Source of the DNA: Mayamaea pseudoterrestris
Lineage: Eukaryota
DNA: 64,000 nt
Direction: 5' to 3'
Assembly: GCA_027923505.1 (NCBI GenBank)
Contig: BROI01000016.1
Coordinates: 1-64,000, forward strand
Shown: one piece after another, positions 47,391-58,732 of the stretch
How the letters are laid out: every line of letters begins with the position of its first letter
How positions within the stretch are numbered: the first letter of the stretch is position 1
Notes under the pieces: generated by a model
The model's database searches: none
Told to the model about the DNA's origin: nothing
The model's input: the letters and a program-made list of their open reading frames with translations, nothing else
Made by a program: the position numbers and the translations under genes

Positions 47391-48475
47391 TTAAAAGTCA
47401 CCAGCGACCCCATTCTGCTCCTGCCAAACACTTGGAAACCAATAGTAGAGCTCGCCCTTGTAGTCATCAAGCCATACCATGCCCTGCTGGAGTAGCATCT
47501 CCAAGACTCGATCGGCGCGCTCCTTACTCCAGCCAGCATCTTGTTGCACTTGATGCGACGTGACCTTGGCCCCTCCTCCTCCTCCATCTAAATTTCCATT
47601 GCCATCCCGCGTCGCTAGTTCCAAGACTGTCATATGATCCTGATCTAGCTCCATCGGTACGCTGATAACCAATGTCGTTGATCCAACTTCCACCATTCGA
47701 AAGCCTCCTCCAAGCTTGGCCAGCTTTTGTATCGCTACAACAATATCCGGCGTACTAATCAGCTTCCTATCATTGTTGCTACTTCCATTGCTGACTGCCA
47801 TGGATCGTCCCAGTTTGGTCGTTCGCTTTGAGAGTAGCGTTTGCACCTGCGTCAAACTCATGATTCCACCGTTGCGCGACTTGCTCGCCAAACAAACTTC
47901 CGCGACTTGAACGGCTAGTTCATGGTAGTAGTCGCCCATTCCCAAGAGTCCAGCCCAAAATCCCTTCTTTGCCGACAGTGGGTCGATTCCGAGTGGAGCG
48001 CACATGGCAAGGAAACGTTGGCGAAAGACGGGGTCCGTCTGAATCTCGTTCTTGTGCTGGAGAATGACAAGAGACGACAGAACCATAGGTCAGAATGAGT
48101 AAAAACTGAATGTTTCATTCCTAAATTGCTTGCACATATGATGCATGCATCAAGACGAACCTTTTTGGCAAACTCGGTAAGCTTCACCTCAAGCTTTTCA
48201 ATCGTATCCAGCGCCGACTGAAACGACATGGCCTTCATTTCATCGGCCTTTTGCTGGGTATATCTGAAACATACGACGAAGATAATTGAATGTTTTAGTA
48301 ACTAATTCGATGCAAATGATTGGTTCCGTGCCTTTACGCAACACTGCCTCCTCTCTGTTGTGTCAAGCAGCCCATCAATTCCATCACCCTTGCACTGACT
48401 AAAAGAGTACAGCCCCACGTACTTGGCATTTGCCCCAGACCGACCAACGCCGACACCTCTTCTCCTATGAGACAT
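47391..48475 (-). CDS. SNF8: ESCRT-II subunit SNF8/VPS22; two introns
   Basis: MSHRRRGVGVG..., FAKK|HKNEIQTDPVFRQRFLAMCAPLGIDPL, GDYYHELAVQ, SVPMELDQDH, GMVWLDD...YWFPS. Confidence 0.95.
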
Positions 48476-48743
48476 GAGTTCTCTTTGTAATGATAAGAAT
48501 CTTGGCAGCAAGGGATGGAGAAACGGCAGCAACAAGTCCGAAAAATAACGATGGCACCGCCACGCCGCGAGTGACAAGAGAGAAACGGTGCGACACGCCT
48601 GCTATGAACCGCTACGACGCACTATATCTTGCGCTATTCAAAAAAACGAAAACGCTGCGCTCTACCGGTATAGCATACTCGGGAGCAAACAGTGCTTACC
48701 GGTACGTGCTAAGATAGTAGTCAAACGATTTTGCTTAGTTCTG

Positions 48744-50837
48744 TTACTGATATCCCTTTTTGTACTGGATGAATCGACTTGCATTCACCGCCGTTTCCTG
48801 GAAAAATTCGACTTCGTCGCTGCCCCGATACAATGAAATCTGTCGCTGCAACAACGGCAGCTCTCTCTGAAAGTAGGATAGCATCCCGGTCTGCTTAAAG
48901 ACATTATCGCGGTCGTCTTCCGAAAATAAATCAATAAGAACGTTCAATCGCTCGGCACGAATGGCAATCGAATCCTCCAGAGAGGACGCATTGACCAGAA
49001 CCGACGTGCCTGCAGCCAACAAGGCATCCGCACTCGTCGGAAGAATGCTACAACCGAGCATGCAGATCATGTCGCGCGTCAAAAGCTCAAGCTCGGCCGA
49101 ATCATGCTCCTTGTCTTCGACAACAATTTTTCCTTTCGTTGCCTCGAGCCACTCCATGACAATCTTGGCCACAGACTCCTTGTCGCAAGCAGGGCCAGTC
49201 ATCTTTTGCACACATACCACCATGGCATGGGATATCCCAGACACCATATAGACGGCCAAAGTCTCGTGCAACTGACGCCATAGCTCTACACTTGCCGCAA
49301 AGGATGGCAAATGCTGCAAGGCATGGGTAACGCAAGTGCCTAGTTTACTAGCCAACAAGTTGAGCAATTCTTTCACCGGAGGAGGAACGATGGTCTGAAC
49401 GATAGCACTGTCGCCGTCTGAAATGCTGCGCAACCAAGTCATCATATCGATCGTATACGTTAGTAAAGAGTGCTTGTCAATAAGCGTTTGCATCAAAGGA
49501 TGCACCTGTGAGGCTTCCCCCATGACGGCATCACCATCCTCCTCAAAAGGTAGCAACAGATTCGCCGTAAGTTCCAGCGCCAAAGAAACTGGTCGAATCA
49601 TTTGTGAGTTGTAGTCAAGCAGCAATGTATACCATACTTCCTCCTTGTTGAATTGACAGATGCCCGCTGTAGCAACGTCATCCGCGCCGACTTTGACAAG
49701 TTTGTCTTGCAGACAGTCAGGCGCAATGTCCATATTCTCTGCTTGCTGTTGCTGCTTCTCTTGTCGTTGTCGGGCCAAACGCTTGACAATTTGCCTCGCT
49801 GGCTCCTTTCGCGCGTTAACCTTTCGCACAACATCGCGATCAAGCTCTTGGTCGACCATGTCAGCTTGCCATTCCTGGTATGCTTGACTCAATGTTTCCA
49901 GACGCAAAGTTTCATGCTCCTGCAAGGCATGTTGGATTGTTTTTGAAAGAATGCCAATGCATGCATCAAGTCGCGACTCTAGCAACTGCAAGAGCGACTG
50001 AAGGCGATCATCTCCGTCATTGCCATCGCCGCTCTTGCAAATGCTCCAGGCGGACAGCCATGCACCAACTAAGTGTAAGACTGCCACTGAGCTTGTCGTA
50101 GGCATAATTGGCAGCAAGTCCGATAGATTTTGAAACATGGACATTATATTCAAGGAGTCCGACGCATACAGCAGCTCGAATAGATCGGCATTGTCTTGAA
50201 GCAGCGACTCTAGACACCGAGCTGCAAGTATCTGCATTGTTTGTTCAACGTCACTTCTGGTTGATACAGCAGCAGCGGTCGATGCTGTGTCAGACAATGG
50301 AAGCTGCCAACTAGCGTTTAGCCAATGCAGGATTCGCTGCAGACAAGACTCTCGAAGGTCCTTGTTATTAATCAATCGATTCATTGCCACTGTATTGTCT
50401 TCGATGAGTAATGCCAGCATTTGCAGCGACTCGGACACTAGATTCAGTCGATTAATAGAGATTACATCATCAGGTTGCTGTGGTTGCTGCAATCGATCCA
50501 CCAGCAAGGCAACCCATCCAGCAGTCAGCTGCTCATCCACTTGATCGGAACATTCCAGATAGTCACTCAAACATTCTGCCGCAGCTACAGCGCAATCCAC
50601 ATTTTCGTTCATGTATTGCTCGCGTACCGCCAGCAGCAGTTTCATGGAGGAAGCGTCGCTTCTGCGATGGAGCATCTGCGCGTGTAGAATGCCGGAGAGG
50701 GCGGCTTGACGGATGGAAGCATCGGCGTGACGAATTCTCTGCAGAATTACGGGACCAGAAGGCTTTTCGGATATTTCATGCTTGCTACTGCTGGTGCTTG
50801 TCGTGCTTTTAATCTTGCGTCGCGTCTTTTTTCCCAT
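48744..50837 (-). CDS. HEATR3: HEAT/ARM-repeat symportin Syo1/HEATR3-like
   Basis: Basic N-terminus MGKKTRRK, helical repeats, and C-terminal LNVLIDLFSEDD...NASRFIQYK typical of Syo1/HEATR3. Confidence 0.72.
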   Translation of the reverse strand: MGKKTRRKIKSTTSTSSSKHEISEKPSGPVILQRIRHADASIRQAALSGILHAQMLHRRSDASSMKLLLAVREQYMNENVDCAVAAAECLSDYLECSDQVDEQLTAGWVALLVDRLQQPQQPDDVISINRLNLVSESLQMLALLIEDNTVAMNRLINNKDLRESCLQRILHWLNASWQLPLSDTASTAAAVSTRSDVEQTMQILAARCLESLLQDNADLFELLYASDSLNIMSMFQNLSDLLPIMPTTSSVAVLHLVGAWLSAWSICKSGDGNDGDDRLQSLLQLLESRLDACIGILSKTIQHALQEHETLRLETLSQAYQEWQADMVDQELDRDVVRKVNARKEPARQIVKRLARQRQEKQQQQAENMDIAPDCLQDKLVKVGADDVATAGICQFNKEEVWYTLLLDYNSQMIRPVSLALELTANLLLPFEEDGDAVMGEASQVHPLMQTLIDKHSLLTYTIDMMTWLRSISDGDSAIVQTIVPPPVKELLNLLASKLGTCVTHALQHLPSFAASVELWRQLHETLAVYMVSGISHAMVVCVQKMTGPACDKESVAKIVMEWLEATKGKIVVEDKEHDSAELELLTRDMICMLGCSILPTSADALLAAGTSVLVNASSLEDSIAIRAERLNVLIDLFSEDDRDNVFKQTGMLSYFQRELPLLQRQISLYRGSDEVEFFQETAVNASRFIQYKKGYQ

Positions 50838-51157
50838 GGTAAATTGTTGCCTTCGTCTGGAAGAATGTGGAAACGGATGGCCGAGCGCGGGTCGCATCGA
50901 TCGATGCTCATGTCGCGAAGATATCGTAGCGGCACTCGCTACATCAACGCCTCATCAATAATATGAACGAGGACCATAGCAGCATGATCATCGACATCTG
51001 TAGCTCTTGGAACGCTTTAAAGCTTGGAAACATGCCAGTAAGTTGGGCAGGTCTCATAGATATGCATTTCATGCGCTACTTGCGCTACTCGCGTCTCTGG
51101 GCAACCTACAATGACATTCGCAGGCTATGCAACATGAATCTTTACTATTAGCTTCAG

Positions 51158-51781
51158 CTACACTTCTCCATACATTATCGTACTCGGATCGGATTGCAAG
51201 TCATCCAGCATCCACATGTGATAGATACTCAAGATCTGGGCTGCCTTTGTCAAGCCTTGTTGCAGACCAACGTCGTGGCCAGTCAAACCGGAAACAAGCT
51301 GCGTGACAACCACCTTTTCTTGTTCAAACTTGTCACAAACTTGGTCGCGTCCATTGCGCTTCATTGTGAGTACGATTCGTTCGTCGTCGTCGTCATCTTG
51401 TCGCAGAAACAGCCGCATGCCGCCATTTATGCTTGGCGTGCAGGCTTGTGCATTGCTTTTCAAAAACAAGAGCTCGACGCCGCCATCACTCGTCGGAAGT
51501 GACATTAATGGCTGTTTCGGCAAAATGATAGAGAAAGGAAAAGTCCTTACGTATCTTTGAACATGGTCAAATGCATCATCCGTTTGGGCAGCAAGGTGAA
51601 TGCGAAGCAGCGTGTCGTGCGTTTCGTGAGACGTCGAGTCTGATGAATCGGACAAAGGCGACAACCACTGCCGACGAGACGATGCTCTTGTCACATAAGG
51701 CAAATGGAAAACAAAGCTGATCACTTGACATGTAGACAGAAGTATGACTAGCGCGGCGGCGAAGATGGAGAAAGTCGCCAT
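51158..51781 (-). CDS. Unknown protein with signal peptide+Phe, paralogue 2 of 46137-46766
   Basis: LVILLSTCQVIS-F; DDAFDHVQRYVRTFPFSIILPKQPL...GGVELLFL...NGGMRLF...KRN...HMW. Confidence 0.78.
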   Translation of the reverse strand: MATFSIFAAALVILLSTCQVISFVFHLPYVTRASSRRQWLSPLSDSSDSTSHETHDTLLRIHLAAQTDDAFDHVQRYVRTFPFSIILPKQPLMSLPTSDGGVELLFLKSNAQACTPSINGGMRLFLRQDDDDDERIVLTMKRNGRDQVCDKFEQEKVVVTQLVSGLTGHDVGLQQGLTKAAQILSIYHMWMLDDLQSDPSTIMYGEV

Positions 51782-52006
51782 GGTGTCATGGTTTTGTGAT
51801 GGATCGACGACGAAAATGGAACGCAATCGTGCATGACGTCACTTGCGCGGGCGCCGCGCGTGCATTTTGGCGATGCTATCCATCACGGTCTACAGCCGAC
51901 CAAAAGCGAATATTGTTATACTTTGCCGCTAGCTCCTTGGTACAAAAGCAGAAGTAATAGACTACCGGTAGGATTTCATCATTAGAATACTGTAATGCCT
52001 AACTTC

Positions 52007-53305
52007 CTACTCTGCAATGCTTTTCCCATCCGTCACAGCGTGAATAGCTTTCGCAACATACTCGAGATTGTTGTCATTCAGCCCTGCAAGACTGATGCGC
52101 CCATCCTTGGTCAGGTAGATGGCATGCTCATCCGTCAGAACATCGCACATGCCCTTGCTCATACCCGTAAAGGCAAACATACCAATTTGTTCACTCACAT
52201 GGGACCAATCATGCGTCGATCCAACTTCGCTCAGCTTTTGCACAAGTTTCGTCCGCATGTTTTGAATGCGTTTCGCCATCTGAGCACACTCCTCGTAGTA
52301 TTGACTCGTCAGCTGCGAGTCGGAAAGCACCGTTTTCACGATACTGCTCCCGTGCCGCGGAGGTGAACTGTACATTGGCCGAATGACGAGTCGTAGCTGA
52401 CTCAGCAAACGTTCCTTCTCTTTCGCGTCCTTGCAGACGATGGAGAGCGTTCCGCAACGTTCGCCGTACAGGCCAAAATTCTTGGCAAACGACTGCGCCA
52501 GCAAGACTGGTAATCCTCGTCCCACGACGTAGCGCAAGGCTGCCGCGTCGCGCTCCGCATCGCCCGAGGCAAAGCCTTGGTACGCACTGTCAAAGAAGGC
52601 AACATGTTTCTTTGCTTCCAACGCATCGGCAATCAATGCCCATTGCGCCATGGAAGGATCGCAGCCCGTCGGATTATGTGCGCACGCGTGCAGCAAAATG
52701 ATGGATCCGTCGGGCGCGTCATTGATATCCGCCAGCATGCCGTCGAGATCCAACCCGTTCGTTTGGCGCGAGTAGTACCGATACGGTGCCGTTTGGAGCC
52801 CACATTCTTCAAAAATCTTCCAATGGTTTCCCCACGTTGGTGTCGGAACGTAAATGGTTTTTTGTTTAGGCCAGAATCGTGCCAAGAACTCGCCGCCGAT
52901 GCGGCACGCGCCGGTGCCAGACAATGTTTGCACACCAGCGAGCCGATCCAACTCAAAATCGTTGCCATAGGCAAACAGTAGAGCCTTGTCGACATAATCC
53001 TTGTCGCCTTCAATTGGCAAGTACTCTTTATTGTCTTGCAGCAACAGCTCCTCCGCTCTTTGTACGCTCGGTAGCACCCACGGATTTCCGTCCGCGTCGC
53101 GATAGGCTCCGACGCAAACGTTGACTTTGCGTGCATCCCTACAGGCACGAAAGGCTTGCGCAATGCCCAGTATGTTGTCGGCTGGTCCCGTTTCGACCGC
53201 GCTCCAAACGTTGGAGGCAGTAGTCGTTGTACTAACGGATGGCAAGGAGAAACTGTCGGCCGAAACACCGAGCAGCAACAGCAGAGGCAGAATCATGACT
53301 ATCAT
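52007..53305 (-). CDS. Aspartate aminotransferase, probably plastid-targeted
   Basis: VGAYRD, QTLSGTGA, LLHACAHNPTG, DSAYQGFASG, SFAKNFGLYGER (PLP Lys), QIGMF, DGRISLAG. Signal peptide VSADS-F. Confidence 0.95.
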   Translation of the reverse strand: MIVMILPLLLLLGVSADSFSLPSVSTTTTASNVWSAVETGPADNILGIAQAFRACRDARKVNVCVGAYRDADGNPWVLPSVQRAEELLLQDNKEYLPIEGDKDYVDKALLFAYGNDFELDRLAGVQTLSGTGACRIGGEFLARFWPKQKTIYVPTPTWGNHWKIFEECGLQTAPYRYYSRQTNGLDLDGMLADINDAPDGSIILLHACAHNPTGCDPSMAQWALIADALEAKKHVAFFDSAYQGFASGDAERDAAALRYVVGRGLPVLLAQSFAKNFGLYGERCGTLSIVCKDAKEKERLLSQLRLVIRPMYSSPPRHGSSIVKTVLSDSQLTSQYYEECAQMAKRIQNMRTKLVQKLSEVGSTHDWSHVSEQIGMFAFTGMSKGMCDVLTDEHAIYLTKDGRISLAGLNDNNLEYVAKAIHAVTDGKSIAE

Positions 53306-53580
53306 GCTACGTATTCTGTCAAGATGAAGAAGCTTGTTTTAATAGGCGACAGCAAGTTCTAGCGCCAAGGTCAAAGGGAAGTGACGATGAATGAGGCAAA
53401 CATTGGTGCATTCGATTTTGTCGTCATCAGTAGCGGTGCGACAGCGTATTCAATGGTCACGGCGCGCACCTTTTCGCACGACCCAAGACTTCTTTGTCTT
53501 TTTCCAATCACTTTTCGACAACAAACATGCCTCGTAAAGAGTGAATCTATCCACTACTAAGCCTCCATTCATTACTAAAG

Positions 53581-54921
53581 ATGATGTCGACAGCAAGACT
53601 AGGTCGGAAACACGTCTGTATACTTGTTGCCGGATTGGTGATCCTGATGGACATAAATATTGCCCGAAAAGGTTCCAAGTTTGTGGATCTGTCGGTATTG
53701 TGGGCGGAGGACGACCAGCAACCCATTCACCGTCGACCGCCGCAAGTGCCTCTTTGCCCCGAATGTTTGGAGATTATCCAGAGGGCAAACCTCACGGACA
53801 CTAGCTTTGTCGACGTTGCAACGAACTACTCGCACATGGGAGCCGTCGACGAACGAAACAAAACTGGATACGTTCACGACGTGACTACACTTCGACGAAA
53901 TCAACCGAAATGGAACATGACCGACCAAGACATTGCGGCGCAATGCGAAAATCAAGATGACTGGTACAGAATGCTCAAGCAGCGAGTTTTTGTTGATTGG
54001 GAGTATGAGCAACGAATGCAAGCGTCAAGCAAGAAACGAATTAAAATTCTTTGCATCCTTTACACGTCGACCAAGAGCCACGCAAAAGTAGTAAACATTC
54101 GAGAAACGTGGGGGTACGTATGTAATTGTTGCAGAATACGCTGTCTCAATAAACACGTGGCGTTGTCTCAAGCTCATTCATGTTTCGTCGTCGGCAGACC
54201 CAAATGTGATGGAATGCTAGTGGCATCGGATACGGCAGACAAAACAATTGACAGTGTGAAGCTTCTACACAAGGGCCCGGAGGAGTACAAGAACATGTGG
54301 CAGAAAATCAGAAGCATGTGGGAGTACGTCTACGACAACTACTACAACGAATACGACTTTTTTCACATGGGTGGAGACGACATGTACCTCATTGTCGAGA
54401 ATTTACGACGCTATCTGGAGAGTGACGAGATCCAAGCCGCTCAGAATGGAGGCACGTTTGTTTCCAGCAAACCGGAGAAGATGCAATATCCATTGTTCCT
54501 TGGAAATCGAGTCAAGCATAATGGTGACGTAAAACAAATGTACAACGGAGGCGGCTGTGGATACACGCTCAACAAGGCTGCACTGAAACTACTTGTCGTC
54601 GACGGCTTGCCAAACTCTCACGTTGACGTTGTGGGCTCCGCGGAAGACTTGTTTGTGGCGGAAGTCTTTCGCAAGTTTGGCGTTTATCCTTACGAGACGA
54701 AGGATGAGAATCGCGGCGAGCGATACATGGCTCACAATCCAGGATTCCTCTACAACTTTCGCAAAAATAATTGGGTGGGACGATTGACCATGGACCCAGT
54801 GGAAGGTCATAACCACACGTCGCCACAAGCCATTGGGTTTCACTACGTTAGTGGAGAAATGATGAGGCGCATGCATGCCCTTCTTTATCATCAATGCCCG
54901 CCAACGCTAATGACAACTTGA
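53581..54921 (+). CDS. GT31 beta-1,3-galactosyltransferase (core-1 / C1GALT1-like), type II membrane; intron 54114-54197
   Basis: KILCILYT, ETWG|PKCDG, MWQKIR, YDFFHMGGDDMYLIVENLRRYL, GGCGYTL, AED, IGFHYV. Confidence 0.9.
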   Translation: MMSTARLGRKHVCILVAGLVILMDINIARKGSKFVDLSVLWAEDDQQPIHRRPPQVPLCPECLEIIQRANLTDTSFVDVATNYSHMGAVDERNKTGYVHDVTTLRRNQPKWNMTDQDIAAQCENQDDWYRMLKQRVFVDWEYEQRMQASSKKRIKILCILYTSTKSHAKVVNIRETWGYVCNCCRIRCLNKHVALSQAHSCFVVGRPKCDGMLVASDTADKTIDSVKLLHKGPEEYKNMWQKIRSMWEYVYDNYYNEYDFFHMGGDDMYLIVENLRRYLESDEIQAAQNGGTFVSSKPEKMQYPLFLGNRVKHNGDVKQMYNGGGCGYTLNKAALKLLVVDGLPNSHVDVVGSAEDLFVAEVFRKFGVYPYETKDENRGERYMAHNPGFLYNFRKNNWVGRLTMDPVEGHNHTSPQAIGFHYVSGEMMRRMHALLYHQCPPTLMTT

Positions 54922-55176
54922 TCCGCATGCAGTACTCTGTTTGTAATCTTACTGCTGCTTTCCACGAAGTTGAACGACGCTGAAAAGTCTGCATAAACCG
55001 TCGGTTTGTGATTCATCCGAGTCGGCGTTCAGTAGGCGACCCTTACTAGGGACACTGTGCATTGGGAAAACGACAGCGGGCTCGTGCGAATTCACGCTAC
55101 ATCGTGCGAGCAACACTCTTTAGATAAACTATAGATGCATGCTATAGCTATGTGAGTCTATCAACTTTAGTCAACG

Positions 55177-58100
55177 TTATATTTGACGTCTAAGGACCCT
55201 TCGATTCGTCGTCGAGCCGTCGGCAAAAGTACAGAGTGAGCCCTTGCAACATGTGTCGTAAGCCGTTTGAGTGTAGCCCGCCGCACATACATCGGGATCA
55301 TAGTCGACGACAGACTTGGTGCAGAAAACGCCGCCGCCTCCGCCGCACTGTGATGCTTGAATCCTGAACGAGCCATAACCAAAGTTCGGAAGACGTATTC
55401 CGTTCCGTTCAAATCGCGGAATTGCATAATTGACCTCGTCGCGAGCAATCATATTCCAAGTTGGGACACCCAGCCAGTCTGGATTCCCTGTCCACGTGCG
55501 CGCTAGCATGAAGACGCGAAAGGTTAACACGCCCGAAGCATCGACATGGTACACGTTGCCCGCTCCCGTTCGTACAAGATCGATTGAAGCAACCGAGTGC
55601 AGATACTCATGGCAGCTTGACGAGCCATCCCAATTATCCCAACACCAACTTTCAGCGTCTGCACTTATGCTAAACACAGTCCCGACAGGATAGGCAATGC
55701 TGAGCAGAAGAGTATCCTGAGGAGCAACCTCAATCTGTGATATTGTCAAATCGCGAGGTGCTCCGCCGTTCAGCTTCAATATCCAGCCAAATCCGCCAAC
55801 TGGGCCGACAGTGTCCGGATTGGCAGTAATAGCAAGGCCTTGGCTGGTACCAGAATGCATTGGACTAAATTTATAACCTGCGTGTCGAATGTAGCCTTCG
55901 GCAGGACATGGTGCATTGTTGCCGTTCCCGCAGTAGTCATTTCCCGTTTTGTCATGCAAGGCTGGGTTCCATTCAAAATGGACATGAGCAAGTCCTCTAC
56001 TAGGTCCATTGTTCTTCTTGATAAAGCTCACAGGACCTTGCTCGTCAAACGTGACATCATCGTCCACCCTCCACCAATCTTTTGCGCTTAGTAGGCCCGA
56101 TCCAATTAGAACTGGCTCACCAAGTCCAGACGCTGTCCCATCCATGTCCAACCAGTTCTGGCAGCGGCCCGACACAGTATCCTTAGAACCCATGGTGTAC
56201 TTAAATCGACGACCGCAGTCTGTAAATGTGAGCGCCTTGGTGGCTTGCATTATTTCTGGCACAAACTGATCAGAATGTGTTAAAAAGCCAAAGGTGGTAG
56301 ACGAGTCGCTGCATCCCTTGGCACCGTCCAACTCGGTACCACAACCTCGCGTCGGCGACGTTTCGTATTGGTCGAGATCATCTGATCGATAGCCACAGTT
56401 CTGGAAAACAGCATTAGTTATAATGTGGCTCTGGCCAGTATCGTACCAATAGAATCCGCTGCCCTCTAACTTGGCAGCTGTTCCGGGAATGGGGAGGCCG
56501 AGATCTTCGCCAGTTCGACAGGCGACATACATGTTGTCTATCCAAAACCCGTCAGAAAGCGCTTCAATAGCGAGTCTTTGATCGTACGCTTCAAACCCTT
56601 TAACATTCATTTGACCAGTCCACGAGTTGAGACCAACGCCGGCTGTCAAAAAAGTCTTGGTGTTGGTAAAGTTGAGCGGTAAAACATCCTCTTCAGCGCA
56701 CCAGCAATATGCGCCCACACAGGACTTATACTCGGCGCAGGGCGAGCGCAAGTCTCGGTCAAAATTTCCACGACCAGGGTTGTAGCGCAGACTACCATCT
56801 TCTTTAAAGTATAGCGACCCACCGACGTAAAGCGCGCCTGCATGCTCCCACCAAAACCCAGTCGAATGAGCTGTGTTGCCGTCAAAGGTCAGTACACTTG
56901 CACTGCCTGGTCGCAAAATGACATCATTGTGAAGACCAATGGGCTTTTCAAGCACTGGAAAGGCAAATCCGGACCATCCCTGTTAATCGTAAGAGGAAGG
57001 TGACAGGAGATCGTAAGAACATCTCACAGGACAAAACATTGTTCGCACCAATAAAACTTACTCCGCTGGCAGCATTACCAAAAATGCAATTGTGAACATT
57101 GGTGATGTAAAATCCAGACGCTGCTACATCAGCTGGCAATGTCAGCTCGCTTCCAGCCACTTTCGACGCATCATAGTCACTCAACCCTTGGCTGCTGCCC
57201 GACGGAAGCTCGGGACCAAGCGTATGAATGTGAGCGGCGAGGTTGTAGGAGATCGTATTTTCCTCTTCCACGCCATCTTCCAGATAGTAACAATATCCAG
57301 TGACGTCGTAGGCAACATTTTCGGAAACGGTTGCCTTGTTTGTACCATGCACGGATATACATCGATAGTATGATCTATGTACCGAGCTTTCGCGAAAATA
57401 GCAGGTCGGACATTCGTTAAGCAGATGAAAATGCATTGGATAGCGACCCAAAACATTGGTTTGGCCCATGCGATAAAGCTCAATACCTTCAACCTGAGCA
57501 GTTCCAGTTCCAAGCACCATGACGTGTCCGCCAAACCCAGTTTTCATTGCGTTCGTGTTGGGCCTTGGAAGGTTGTAAAGAAAGTGCCAATTTGGATACG
57601 TGGTCACTTTAAGGTTCAATAAATCTTGGTCAGTTGGCTCCGAATCGTCCGCTGCACCTTGAATGACAATGGTCCGCGACAAAAGGCCCGCTTCTACTTG
57701 ATAGTAATTGTTGGCAACGTGCTTATACTTTGTCGGCTGCATCAAGTGCACCACAGCACCAACTCCAGCCGGTGTATCTGCCGCACTGGCAACTTGATAG
57801 ACTGTGACTACCTCGTTTTGATGAAATGCCCGCGAGTCGTACATGATGCTTGACGTCAAAACTACTTCTTGTCCACGTTCCCAGTTGACTGGTTGCTGAA
57901 GCAAGAGCACTGTTTTGCCAGCTTCTATAGTTTTGGCAAGTCTTGACCATGTTGCGTAGTAGCGCTTCCCGTGCAGACTCAATTTTCCAGTCACCACAAT
58001 ACCCTTGGTAGTCGGACTTGGAACGTTTTGAACAACGTCCACTGGCCGCGCGCCCCAGAGAGTGATGCTCGTTGGCGTTTCAATTCGACAAGTCTCGCTT

Positions 58101-58732
58101 CCAGCCACAAGTTTGCCCTTAACGTCCACACCTTTGACGAGCATTGTGATTCCAGCAGAATTCTCTCCCAAAATCAGGTCAGTCGACGCTGGAACAGTAA
58201 TAACGCCAAGTTTCTCCAAGACGGACTGTCGAACGACAATCTTGGATCTAGCCGGAAGCGTCACATCGGCTCCAGCGCTGGGAATCGCACCACTTGGCCA
58301 AGTGCTCGCATCATGCCAACTCTTCAAGCCACTCTGCAGATGCGGACAGTTGGTTCGTGCGTTGCCTTGTATAATTATTGGAACTGGTGGATTTGGCAGA
58401 GAAATGACTTTGGAGTTTGTCGCCGATGTAATGTAGGGACCGCTAGGTACTGGACCCAAGGTGACCGCTGCCGATGGCGCTAACGTCGGCTTGATGGCAC
58501 ATTTTGCTAGGCACTGGTCTTGACACCTCTGCTTGACGAGTTTGCCAGTCGACAAGTCGGTCATGCGGCAGTACTTGCGCTTGCTTGCGACTTGACTGCA
58601 GCGAAGCGATTGTCGTACGTTATTGACGCGAACGACGACCTTCAACCCGACATCATTCTTGCACGCATGAGCAATCGAGTTGAACAAAACGATGAGGAGC
58701 AACAGTGCCCGTGGCGCCTTGCTGTGCCCCAT
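55177..58732 (-). CDS. Secreted G8-domain / beta-helix protein (fibrocystin/TMEM2-like); intron 56980-57061
   Basis: Signal peptide; WHDASTWPSGAIP, GKLVAGSETC, EAGLLSRTIVIQG, MGQTNVLGRYPMHFH, RCISVHGT, CYYLEDGVEE. The splice gives AASG|GWSGF. Confidence 0.9.
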
